From an uncultured Gammaproteobacteria bacterium (GTDB taxonomy: Bacteria > Pseudomonadota > Gammaproteobacteria > JAURND01): a stretch of DNA of 64,000 bases. This document shows, piece after piece, positions 1 through 9,466 of this stretch; position 1 is the stretch's first letter, and every line of letters starts with the position of its first letter. A program made the translations under genes and the position numbers. The notes under the pieces were generated by a model, which was given only the letters and a program-made list of their open reading frames with translations, was not told the origin of the DNA and searched no databases. The DNA lies in the NCBI GenBank assembly GCA_963714975.1, contig CAVQQD010000003.1:128001-192000 (forward strand), given 5' to 3'.

Positions 1-1
1 A

Positions 2-532
2 ATTGTTGCTGGTGGGATTGCAATGGGGTTAGGCGGTTATTTAGCTGCTAAAACCGAGGCTGATCATTATCAATCCGAATATTGTCGCGAAATGCTGGAA
101 GTGGAAGAAGTCCCACACGTCGAAGCGGAAGAAGTTGCAATCATTCTGCAGGAATTCGGGTTACAAGAAGCGCAAATTCCCCCGGTTGTGAATGCAATCC
201 AGTCAAATCCGCAGAAATGGGTTGATTTTATGATGCGTTTTGAGCTAGGCTTAGAAAAACCCGATCCGAGGAGGCTAATACTGAGTCCACTGACTATAGG
301 TGCGGCTTATGTGTTAGGAGGGTTAGTGCCACTTATACCTTATATGTTTTTCCATAGGGTGCAACAAGGGTTATTGTATTCAATCATCGTTACCTTGCTT
401 GCATTATTTTCTTTCGGCGCATTTAAAGGACACTTTACGGGTCGTAATAAGGTGCGTTCCGCATTACAAACCACAATTATTGGTGCAGCTGCTGCTGCCG
501 CTGCATTTGTAGTGGTTCGCTTATTGAATTAA
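2..532 (+). CDS. VIT1/CCC1 family iron/manganese transporter (5' truncated by window edge)
   Basis: Frame is open from base 2 (IVAGGIAMGLGGYLAAKTEADHY). FMMRFELGLEKPD and IGAAYVLGGLVPLIPY are typical VIT1 segments. Confidence 0.9.
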   Translation: MVAGGIAMGLGGYLAAKTEADHYQSEYCREMLEVEEVPHVEAEEVAIILQEFGLQEAQIPPVVNAIQSNPQKWVDFMMRFELGLEKPDPRRLILSPLTIGAAYVLGGLVPLIPYMFFHRVQQGLLYSIIVTLLALFSFGAFKGHFTGRNKVRSALQTTIIGAAAAAAAFVVVRLLN

Positions 533-617
533 GCCATCCAAGGCCCTAATTAAAGGAGGTGTGTGCAGCCCTTCGGGCGGATGAGGGATTTGGCTTGTAT
601 TGGCGCGAGGTAGAGAA

Positions 618-2873
618 ATGGCTATTGATAATGATGCTTCAGATCAATCCCCATTGCTGCGATTTATATCCCAGTACAAATTTTACCTGACTGCATTTAT
701 CCTTAGTTTGCCTATTGCAGGCTTAGTCGGTGGGCTGTATGGGTTTCCAGCAATTTTCGCTACTTTCGATTATCTGTGGTTGGCTACGTATGTGCTAACC
801 GGTGGGGCGGGTTTGGCTTTGTTACAGGGTATGGTCAACTCAATTAAAAATCGGTTTTCGCAGTCTGAATATCAGCGTCTGCAGGATTCAGAAAATGACG
901 AAGATGAGGCTGGCTCCCAACAGCGTGTCGATTGGTCTCAATATCGCTATTTGATCACTGGGTTTATTCTTAGCTTGCCTGTTTTTGCATTAATAGGCGG
1001 CTTGTATTGGTTTCCAGAGCTCTTTGTTAGCTTTACTAATCTTTGGCCAGCTATTTATGTAGTAGCCGGTAGCGCCAGTTTAGCTTTGTTGCAGGCGCTA
1101 GTGAAGGCCGTTGGCTCTTATTTGGAAGAAGAGGAAGTAGAGTTTGATGTTGCTGTCGAATATGCAGATTTAAACCTGGGAAAGGTATCTTTGCTCCCAG
1201 ACTCCAAGTCTGAAGGGAATTTGGATGGGACTCAAACTTTAGAACAGCCGTATCGTCCCTGTGAGAAGGTTGGGGAGGTTAAGGAGCAGAAACAAGACAC
1301 AGTAGCTCCTGCTCAATCACCCAGCTCCGCAAGTTCTTCTTCCAGTTCTCAGCAAATTGCACTATCAGCGCTATCCACTTCTCCAACTACAGCTTCTTCG
1401 TCAGCGACGTTTGATCAGGCATTAAGTTCTGCAACTAATAAACTACCATCCTCGCATATACCAATTATTGCAATCGATTCAGAATCATATAATCACGATT
1501 TTCCTGATGATGATCCATATGATTCTGATCTAGATATTCCCAGCACGAATCCATCGAAATTTGACGAGCAAGAGGATTTGTTTCCCCTTAATCCATCTTC
1601 AGTGGGAAATAAGCTTGATCAATTAGCTGAGATAAAACAACGATCAGCGGATAAAAGTATACCCAATCTAAAAGATTTTAATCCTGAGTCATCTCTTTTA
1701 TCTGAATCTAAGCAGGATGATGGCCTAAATACTGGGGGAAATTTTTTTAGCACTATTAAAGATGGGGTTTCTTATGTGGGTCGGGAAGTTATGGGGGGTT
1801 TTTACCAGCTTGGGAATGGGCTTACAACTGTAGGGTCTCAAGTGGGGCAAACTGTTAAACAAACAACTACTAAAATTGTTACTTCTGCTGTCGTTACTGT
1901 TGAAGGAGCAGCAGGTGTATTGAAAGATACATTAGTTGATGCAGTGGGGCAAGTATTTGAGTCAGAACCAGAACCCGCCAAACTGAAAGATGCTGAAACG
2001 ATTCTTGGGGAAATTCGAGCTTCGTTAGGGAAGTTTGAGGATGATCAAAATTATCACCATTTATTTCCTTTATTTCAGAAGCTAAAAATAAATTCTTTAA
2101 TTTTACTGTCGTATGAATATAAAAATTATGAACCTGCTAAAGCACTTGAAACTAATATGCAATCAATATGGTTTGCTTTGAATAGCCTATGTGGGGGCGA
2201 CATTTTAAGAAAAAATAAGGAGGAAATATGTGGGATACCAAGGGAAAAGATTCAGCGAATGATGCAAGAGCTACATAATATTTTAGATTTTGCATCAATA
2301 AACGTTCAATTGCTCAGTGCAAACTGCTTGAAGAATTTTTTCGAAGAAGTTCGAGCTTCGTTAAAGAAATTTCAGGGTGATCAAAATTTTCAACATTTAC
2401 TCCCTTTATTTAGCAAGTACTTAGAAAATTATGAAATTTTAAAATCATATAAAAATTCGCAACCTGCTAAAGTACTTGAAGCTACTATGCAAGCAATATG
2501 GCATGATTTGGATAAGATCTGTGAAGCTTTAAAAAATGAACAGATGAAGGCGGATAGGTTAAAGCAAAATTTGGGCCTGATAATTGGGAAATTAGACGAG
2601 TGCTTGGATCTTGCTTTTTCTAGGGTCGAACAACTCGTTGGTGAAACCCTTGCTGGGAAGGAAGGGCCTCCTGGTAGCTCTTGGAAATTGGTAATGACGG
2701 CTTTACATGGTTGTGAGGCGAGTTTAACTATTCCTTTTACAGTGGGCGATGCGAAGAAGTTGACCGATGCAGAACGAGGGACCTTAATTTTATCACCTAC
2801 TTCTGCCAGCGTTGATGGTTCTAGTAATGGCTTCCTCCCAGGAGGTCGAGATCAATTAGTGATGATGGTGTGA
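618..2873 (+). CDS. Orphan membrane protein with two internal repeat pairs and a Ser-rich linker; candidate secreted effector
   Basis: ATG at 618 follows GAGG. Duplicated hydrophobic unit at ~669-836 and ~936-1103; duplicated helical unit at ~2007-2192 and ~2343-2523. Confidence 0.65.
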   Translation: MAIDNDASDQSPLLRFISQYKFYLTAFILSLPIAGLVGGLYGFPAIFATFDYLWLATYVLTGGAGLALLQGMVNSIKNRFSQSEYQRLQDSENDEDEAGSQQRVDWSQYRYLITGFILSLPVFALIGGLYWFPELFVSFTNLWPAIYVVAGSASLALLQALVKAVGSYLEEEEVEFDVAVEYADLNLGKVSLLPDSKSEGNLDGTQTLEQPYRPCEKVGEVKEQKQDTVAPAQSPSSASSSSSSQQIALSALSTSPTTASSSATFDQALSSATNKLPSSHIPIIAIDSESYNHDFPDDDPYDSDLDIPSTNPSKFDEQEDLFPLNPSSVGNKLDQLAEIKQRSADKSIPNLKDFNPESSLLSESKQDDGLNTGGNFFSTIKDGVSYVGREVMGGFYQLGNGLTTVGSQVGQTVKQTTTKIVTSAVVTVEGAAGVLKDTLVDAVGQVFESEPEPAKLKDAETILGEIRASLGKFEDDQNYHHLFPLFQKLKINSLILLSYEYKNYEPAKALETNMQSIWFALNSLCGGDILRKNKEEICGIPREKIQRMMQELHNILDFASINVQLLSANCLKNFFEEVRASLKKFQGDQNFQHLLPLFSKYLENYEILKSYKNSQPAKVLEATMQAIWHDLDKICEALKNEQMKADRLKQNLGLIIGKLDECLDLAFSRVEQLVGETLAGKEGPPGSSWKLVMTALHGCEASLTIPFTVGDAKKLTDAERGTLILSPTSASVDGSSNGFLPGGRDQLVMMV

Positions 2874-2897
2874 CCCTCACAGAAGTTTCATTTCTGC

Positions 2898-5291
2898 TTA
2901 TTTGTGAATGCGCTTTTTTCGGATACGCGCATGAGCAAAATCTTCTAAACATTCTTCTACGCGAGCGTGGATACTTCCTTTGGTGAATTTTTCATCTTTG
3001 CCGCGTTTCCCAGCGGGTAAGCCGGTCAATAAAGTAATCGCCTCATCAATATTGTTAACTGGATAAATATGGAATTGTTTTATGGCAGCGGCCTCTACCA
3101 GGGATCGTTTGAGCATTAAGCTTTTTACATTGGCTTGCGGGATAAGCACTCCTTGGTCTCCAGTCAAGCCATTAATGCGGCACACATCAAAAAATCCTTC
3201 AATTTTGTCGTTAATGCCGCCGACTGCTTGCATTTCACCAAATTGGTTCACTGAGCCGGTGATGGCTAGGTTTTGCCTCACCGGAGCTTGAGCTAAGGCA
3301 GATAACAACACACATAATTCTGCTGCCGAAGCACTATCGCCTTCAATCATGCCGTAAGTTTGCTCAAACACTAGACTGGCGGTCAGTGACAAGGGTTCAT
3401 TTCTCAGAAATTTCCCACCAAGATACCCTGTTAAGATGAGGACTCCCTTAGAATGAATAGGGCCGCTTAAATCCACTTCGCGTTGAATGTCGATCACATA
3501 GCGGTCGCCACAGCGCACTTGTACGGTAATGCGCGAGGGGTGGCCAAAAACAAAATTAGCAAATTCTAATAATGAGAGACCATTGATTTGTCCAATTCTT
3601 TCTCCCGTCGTAGAGATTAAAATGATCTCTCGTCCAATTTCTTCATAGGCTAGGGTGCGCAGTCGTTCGAGGCGATTTTCTTGTGCTGTAATGGCTTGCT
3701 GCACGTCCCCTTCGGTTACGAGTTTGGCGCCACGTTGCGCAGCACAGTAGCTAGCTTCGCGTAGCAAATCATAAATAGGGCGGGTATGTGCCGATATTTT
3801 TTCGATATCTTCAATAATGCGTGTGCCGTAGTCAATAACATTGGCAACGGCGTTACGATGAAATGGCAGTAATTTATCTTTCGTGCCTAGTGTTGCAATC
3901 AGTTGCGCATAAGCCTGTAAATTTTCAGGACTGCGTTCAATTTCTTCATCAAAATCGACAGCCACTTTAAATAAGTCATCGAAATCCGGATCGAGGCTTG
4001 CTAACCAATAGTAAGTCATGCGGTCCCCTAATAACACCACTTTAACATCGAGAGGAATTGGGACTGGATCGATTGAAAGCGTACTATACATTCCTACCAT
4101 GCGTTCAGGAAGTTCGGTGATAATTTTTTGTGTTTGTAAAGCTCGCTTCAAACCTTCCCAGGCATAGGGTTCGGTTATTATTTTCATGGCATCAATGATC
4201 AAATAACCACCATTGGCTTTATGTAAAGCTCCTGGTTTGATGAGGGTAAAGTCAGTGAATAAAGCACCATATTGTACGATGTGATCAATGCGGCAAATTA
4301 AATTCGAATAAGAAGGCAAATCTTCATAAATAATTGGAGCTCCTTCTGCGTTAGTATTGTCTACTAAGACGTTCACTTCATACTGGGAACTGGAAAATTG
4401 TTCGCTATTGGCTAGCTTCAAGCGTCCTAGTTCAGCGCTTTTTAAAAAATCTTGCACATTAAAAATAATATCGTGCTGTACCTCATTTAGATACTTAACA
4501 ATTGCTGGGAATTTTCTATATTTCGTTTTCATGTCATCAATGAAGTGTCCCACGGCTAGCAGGGTGAATTCCTTTTTGGCCTTATTCTCTTTTTTATGTC
4601 GTTGTTTATGCAGTCGTGGAATTTGCTTTAAAAACTCAGTAAGCCGGCTGGTATATTCAGTAATTAATGCTTCTTTTTCTTTGCGCTGTTTTTCCGCTAA
4701 TTTGGTGAAGTCAGTAGTTGTCATGGCTTCACCTTTTTGGTTAACCGGTACCACGGTAAAACCTTCTGTTGAGGGTAAAATAAGTAATTGGTGTTTTCGT
4801 GCATCTGTACTAATTTTTTTCAATAATCTTTCTTGCTCTTGATTAAATTCCTCGCTAATTTTTTGTATTCGAGCGCGGTATTCATCACTTTCAAAAATGA
4901 CTGGGATGGAGATATGCAGATCGTCTACCAAGATCTGCATATCTTTACGAAATTCGCAGCCTAATCCAGCAGGCAATTCAACTGCAATAGGTTTTTCCGG
5001 GTCGTCGAAATTATTAATATAGCACCAATCGGCAGGGGCTGGCTTTTTTATTGCTTCATTTTCTAGAAACTGGGTTATCATGACGCGCTTGCCGACGCCA
5101 GCAGGTCCCATGGCAAAGAGATTGTAACCCTGGTTTTTAATATTTAAGCCGAATTGGACCGCTGTGAGCGCGCGTTTTTGGGCTACAAATAGCGTAGGAA
5201 TATGCAGCTCTTTAGTGGTTTTAAATTTAAAAATCTTAGGATTAGTGACTTGTCGTAGTTTATTTGCAGGCAAAGCAGTAATTTTTTTCAT
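2898..5291 (-). CDS. Lon-like ATP-dependent protease (AAA domain plus Lon C-terminal protease domain)
   Basis: Walker A-like GPAGVGK, PGALHKANGGYL, catalytic Ser in EGDSASAAE, and GGINDKIEGF. Confidence 0.9.
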   Translation of the reverse strand: MKKITALPANKLRQVTNPKIFKFKTTKELHIPTLFVAQKRALTAVQFGLNIKNQGYNLFAMGPAGVGKRVMITQFLENEAIKKPAPADWCYINNFDDPEKPIAVELPAGLGCEFRKDMQILVDDLHISIPVIFESDEYRARIQKISEEFNQEQERLLKKISTDARKHQLLILPSTEGFTVVPVNQKGEAMTTTDFTKLAEKQRKEKEALITEYTSRLTEFLKQIPRLHKQRHKKENKAKKEFTLLAVGHFIDDMKTKYRKFPAIVKYLNEVQHDIIFNVQDFLKSAELGRLKLANSEQFSSSQYEVNVLVDNTNAEGAPIIYEDLPSYSNLICRIDHIVQYGALFTDFTLIKPGALHKANGGYLIIDAMKIITEPYAWEGLKRALQTQKIITELPERMVGMYSTLSIDPVPIPLDVKVVLLGDRMTYYWLASLDPDFDDLFKVAVDFDEEIERSPENLQAYAQLIATLGTKDKLLPFHRNAVANVIDYGTRIIEDIEKISAHTRPIYDLLREASYCAAQRGAKLVTEGDVQQAITAQENRLERLRTLAYEEIGREIILISTTGERIGQINGLSLLEFANFVFGHPSRITVQVRCGDRYVIDIQREVDLSGPIHSKGVLILTGYLGGKFLRNEPLSLTASLVFEQTYGMIEGDSASAAELCVLLSALAQAPVRQNLAITGSVNQFGEMQAVGGINDKIEGFFDVCRINGLTGDQGVLIPQANVKSLMLKRSLVEAAAIKQFHIYPVNNIDEAITLLTGLPAGKRGKDEKFTKGSIHARVEECLEDFAHARIRKKRIHK

Positions 5292-5295
5292 AAGG

Positions 5296-7764
5296 CTACC
5301 TCTTTGACCTCGTTCCGGTAGGATGCCGGTTTGACGTCGTCCCGGCAGGATGCCGGGATCTCAGGGATGCAAAATTTTCACTTCCTTGTGAGCTGGTTTT
5401 CAGCTTCCCTGCTGGAATGGCGCCTAATTTCAACCAGGTTGCAACAATGGTATCGGCACTTAGGGAAATACTATGAATTCCTTGATCTACTAGCCATGCC
5501 GCCAAATCTGGATGATCGGAGGGCGCTTGTCCACAAATACCAATATATTTATTAGCGCGATTGCAGGCTTGAATGGCTTTTTTTATAAGTAGCTTTACCG
5601 CTTTATCTCTTTCATCGAACAGAGGCGCCACCAAAGAGGAGTCACGATCTAAGCCAAGTGTTAGCTGGGTTAAATCATTCGAACCAATCGAAAAACCATC
5701 CACGTGTTCTAAAAATTCCTCGGCGAGCAAAGCGTTGGTTGGTATTTCGCACATCATATAGATTTTTAGGCCGTTAGTTCCACGTTTTAGCCCAGATTTC
5801 CGCATGAGGGCGATCACGCTTTTGAGCTCTTCTACCGTGCGCACGAAAGGCACCATGACTTGCGCATTCGTTAATCCCATGAGATTACGAACCCGAACAA
5901 ATGCTTGGCATTCGAGTGCAAAAGCTTGGGAAAAATTCGTTGAATTATATCGGGAGGCCCCACGAAAGCCGAGCATGGGATTTTCTTCTTGTGGTTCAAA
6001 TAATTCGCCGCCAATTAAATTGGCATATTCATTCGATTTGAAATCAGAAAAACGAAAAATAACTTCTTTAGGAAAAAAAGCCGCGGCAATTGTAGCAATG
6101 CCTTCTTTTAGTTTTTCAACATAAAATTCCACTGGATCGCCGTAGGCTGTAGTGTGTTGGGCAATTTCGTGACGTAGAGGTGATTTGAGTTTGGTGAAAT
6201 TTAATACCGCATTGGGATGAATGCCAATCGTATTGCTAATGATAAATTCTAAGCGTGCTAATCCTACTCCATCATTGGGTAGGTATTGATAGCTAAATGC
6301 TTTCCCTGGATTGCCTAAAATCAAACAAAGCTTCACGGGCAATTTCGCTAATTCTTTGATATTTAATTTCTCAATTTGATAGTTTAATTTGCCAGAATAG
6401 ACAACGCCGGTTTCGCCTTCGCTGCAGGAAATGGTGATGGCTTGATTTGCTTTGATTAGGCTGGTGGCGTTGTTACATCCGACTATGGCTGGAATGCCTA
6501 ATTCTCGCGCCACAATGGCGGCATGGCAGGTGCGTCCCCCTCGGTTAGTGACAATCCCGCCTGCTTGCTTCATGATGGGCTCCCAATCTGGGTCGGTCAT
6601 ATCGGTGACTAAGATTTCATTTTTTTGTAAGGAGCGCGTACTTTTGGGATTGGTAATAATGCGCGCTGACCCTTGACCAATGCGTTGGCCGACGCTGCGT
6701 CCCTTGATGAGGATGGGCCCCTTTTCTTGCAGATGATAGCGTTCTAGGGTGGCTGATTTTGTCCGTTGGCTTTGTACGGTTTCAGGGCGTGCTTGAACGA
6801 CGTACAATTGTTGGTCTACCCCATCCCTGGCCCATTCGATATCCATGGCTTGGCCATAATGGTCTTCGATTATTTGTGCCTGTTGGGCAAGTTGATGAAT
6901 CTCTTGGTCATTTAGACAAAATTTCTGTCTTTGCGCCGGGGGTACCGGAACTGTTTTTGTAGAAAATTTATAATTTTTCTGTGTCCCATAGATCATTTTA
7001 ATTTTTTTATCGCCTAACTGGCGACTAATGATCGCACTTTTGCGATAGCGCAAGCTGGGTTTGTGAACACAAAATTCATCAGGACTAACGCGCCCTTGTA
7101 CCAGCATTTCACCTAGGCCATAAGTGGCGGTAATGAGGATTACCTGATCGAATCCTGATTCGGGATCTAAGGTAAAGATCACCCCACTGGCGCCTTTGTC
7201 ACTGCGCACCATCGATTGAATTCCTACCGAAAGGGCGACTTTATCGTGTGGAAAGTTTTGGTGTTGGCGATACGAAATAGCTCGGCTAGTGAATAAAGAA
7301 GCAAATACTAATTTAATTGCGTGAATAACATTTTCTATTCCCTTGATATTTAGAAATGTTTCTTGCTGGCCGGCAAAGGATGCTGTGGGTAAATCTTCAG
7401 CTGTGGCAGAAGAGCGGACTGCCACGGTTTTGTTTGGCATTTTTTTGTAATAATCAAAAATATTTTCCCTGAATTTTTTACTAAATGGCGTGGATATTAT
7501 CCAGCGCCGAATTTGTGCACTGTTTTTATTCAAGGCTTTGAGGTTGCTAACATCGGTATTTTTGAGGAGATGGTAAATTCGCGCATCTAAATTTTTCTGG
7601 GCTAAAAAATCACGGTAGGCTTTGGTGGTGGTGGCAAATCCTGAGGGGACTTTAATGCCTTTAGCAGATAAATATTGGATCATTTCTCCTAAAGATGCAT
7701 TTTTTCCGCCGACTTGTTGAATATCCGCTGAACCAATATCTTGTAATGCCACAATATATTTCAT
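5296..7764 (-). CDS. ppsA: Phosphoenolpyruvate synthase with a repeat-derived C-terminal tail
   Basis: VGGKNASLGEM, AVRSSATAEDLP..SFAGQQET, phospho-His GGRTCHAAI, FSIGSNDLTQ. Start placed at ATG 7764 because the longer ORF runs through a repeat hairpin. Confidence 0.95.
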   Translation of the reverse strand: MKYIVALQDIGSADIQQVGGKNASLGEMIQYLSAKGIKVPSGFATTTKAYRDFLAQKNLDARIYHLLKNTDVSNLKALNKNSAQIRRWIISTPFSKKFRENIFDYYKKMPNKTVAVRSSATAEDLPTASFAGQQETFLNIKGIENVIHAIKLVFASLFTSRAISYRQHQNFPHDKVALSVGIQSMVRSDKGASGVIFTLDPESGFDQVILITATYGLGEMLVQGRVSPDEFCVHKPSLRYRKSAIISRQLGDKKIKMIYGTQKNYKFSTKTVPVPPAQRQKFCLNDQEIHQLAQQAQIIEDHYGQAMDIEWARDGVDQQLYVVQARPETVQSQRTKSATLERYHLQEKGPILIKGRSVGQRIGQGSARIITNPKSTRSLQKNEILVTDMTDPDWEPIMKQAGGIVTNRGGRTCHAAIVARELGIPAIVGCNNATSLIKANQAITISCSEGETGVVYSGKLNYQIEKLNIKELAKLPVKLCLILGNPGKAFSYQYLPNDGVGLARLEFIISNTIGIHPNAVLNFTKLKSPLRHEIAQHTTAYGDPVEFYVEKLKEGIATIAAAFFPKEVIFRFSDFKSNEYANLIGGELFEPQEENPMLGFRGASRYNSTNFSQAFALECQAFVRVRNLMGLTNAQVMVPFVRTVEELKSVIALMRKSGLKRGTNGLKIYMMCEIPTNALLAEEFLEHVDGFSIGSNDLTQLTLGLDRDSSLVAPLFDERDKAVKLLIKKAIQACNRANKYIGICGQAPSDHPDLAAWLVDQGIHSISLSADTIVATWLKLGAIPAGKLKTSSQGSENFASLRSRHPAGTTSNRHPTGTRSKR
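5335..5422. repeat. Family A palindromic repeat (degenerate full copy) inside the ppsA 3' end
   Basis: CGTCGTCCCGGCAGGATGCCGGGATC...GGATGCAAAATTTTCACTTCCTTGTGAGCTGG aligns with 54578-54670. Confidence 0.8.
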
Positions 7765-7782
7765 GATGGTTATCCTTAAATT

Positions 7783-7825
7783 CCTTCTCCCTTTGTGGGA
7801 GAAGGTGCCGAATGCGGATGAGGGG
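7783..7825. repeat. Family B hairpin repeat (CCTTCTCCC-n-GGGAGAAGG plus GCGGATGAGGG)
   Basis: Related copies at 568-587, 10675-10724, 14545-14573, 17421-17445 and 27093-27158. Confidence 0.8.
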
Positions 7826-8033
7826 TGAAGCTTCAATATTCTCTCTCTGCCCAAACGAGGACATTATAATTAGTTTAGCAATTTTTGGTGATTTTGCTCG
7901 CAAAAATCTATTAGCTTGCAACCCCAGTTAAAGTTCAGTATCCTAGCTTCACCCTTTTAGGATAAAAAAGAATAGGAGGAAGGGATCGCCGATTTGGATT
8001 AATCATCCATTATCTAATAATAGTTGAAATAAA

Positions 8034-9353
8034 ATGTCGGTGGCATCGCCAGAGAAAAAAAATACAAATAATAATATCTATACCCAACTTTCTTCTTCTG
8101 TGTATTCTTCTGTGTGTTCTTTTTTTGTACGATGTTCTCCTATTAAAAAACTTGATAATAAACCCGCTTTGGTGGCAGAAGAGCGTAAGCCTTCATTTGA
8201 AGACAACTATAAAGTATTTATCAAAAACATTCGTGGTAATAAGCTCGATAATTTATCTTCCTTAATTCAAGGATGTGAAAATGATTTTAGAAACTCACTG
8301 CTCAATGATCAAAATTTAGATTTGGATACAAGAAACAAATCCCTAAGTATATGGATTTGTCACGTAGCCAACAAAAAACCTTCTTCTGATAAACTCGCTT
8401 ATCCTTTGAACCTAGCCTTAGAAGCTCTTACTGAAACCTCAGCGAATGCGCATCCTCCTCCTTATACTGACTCCTTGCAGGAGCTTGTAGTTGAGTTATG
8501 TTGCTTTAGTGAATTGGGTAAACCTCTAAAACAACGAAATCCGAAATTGGCAGCGGTGAGCCAGGGACTTTCTTTATGGACTGCGCGCAATCAAATTTGT
8601 TACTGGCGTAGGCTTCATGCCATCCTTTGCAATAAATATCCAAAAATACAAGAGCAAGAGATCACTGAAAAAATATCAGAATTGATTACCTATCGAATAT
8701 TGCATAACTTGTTTGATAATTATTGGCATCACGAATTAATGAATGAAGCGAGGTATGACCAAGGAAAAAAGGCTCAAGAAAAAATCGTCAAAGCATTAGT
8801 AGAGAGTTGGGAAAAAAATCGTTTTGATGATTTTAGAAACTTGATATCGAGAACTCAAGAGATTGATCTGGCAATAGAAGCTAAGTATTCTAGCGTGAAT
8901 TCTAAAGTAAAGCGCGATACAATCGATGAAGCATTAATCAATTGTGATTTATTATCGGGTACTGATACTTTGAAGCGGAAAAAATATGCCAAGGGTGGAG
9001 GGGGTATTGTTTCATGTGGGGCATTAGGCGCAGCCGGGGCGAGTGTTTTTTCTGACGATGCCATGGAATATTTTGATATTGATCCTGGAGAATTGGCGGC
9101 TTATTTCTCTACTATAGGTCCTGGAACTATTATTACCATCCTGTCTATTACTTTTAAGCAATTAAGTAGTTGGTATGTTTTTTCCAATCCAATTGCTCGT
9201 CAATGGTTTCTATTTTTTGCTGAGCCTATTTCGCCTTTTTCTTCTGAGCTAGATGATGATGCAGTTAGTCAGAAAGTGCAGCAAGACAGCAAAGAGCCGC
9301 AGAAGTCCGATGTATTAAATCCAATAATTCCCCCGTCCGTTTCATCAAGATGA
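8034..9353 (+). CDS. Hypothetical AT-rich protein with C-terminal hydrophobic segments; candidate effector
   Basis: 439-aa ORF with no recognisable motif; two hydrophobic stretches near the C-terminus. Confidence 0.6.
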   Translation: MSVASPEKKNTNNNIYTQLSSSVYSSVCSFFVRCSPIKKLDNKPALVAEERKPSFEDNYKVFIKNIRGNKLDNLSSLIQGCENDFRNSLLNDQNLDLDTRNKSLSIWICHVANKKPSSDKLAYPLNLALEALTETSANAHPPPYTDSLQELVVELCCFSELGKPLKQRNPKLAAVSQGLSLWTARNQICYWRRLHAILCNKYPKIQEQEITEKISELITYRILHNLFDNYWHHELMNEARYDQGKKAQEKIVKALVESWEKNRFDDFRNLISRTQEIDLAIEAKYSSVNSKVKRDTIDEALINCDLLSGTDTLKRKKYAKGGGGIVSCGALGAAGASVFSDDAMEYFDIDPGELAAYFSTIGPGTIITILSITFKQLSSWYVFSNPIARQWFLFFAEPISPFSSELDDDAVSQKVQQDSKEPQKSDVLNPIIPPSVSSR

Positions 9354-9439
9354 CGTGCCCGATTGCGTGCCCGCGCCCGTGCCCGATTTTTTCGTCAATT
9401 TCAAACACGGGCACGGGCGCGGGCACGCAATCGGGCACG
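9354..9439. repeat. Family C GC-rich inverted repeat built from CGTGCC units; possible bidirectional terminator
   Basis: CGTGCCCGATTGCGTGCCCGCGCCCGTGCCCG and its exact reverse complement lie between convergent genes. Another copy begins at 63981. Confidence 0.85.
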
Positions 9440-9466
9440 TTTAAATCTATGGTATCCGCTGAATAG

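Noticed and set aside
9354-9439. CGTGCC repeats as a CRISPR array
   Set aside because: It is one inverted repeat with no unique spacers and no cas genes; no CRISPR array was found in the window.
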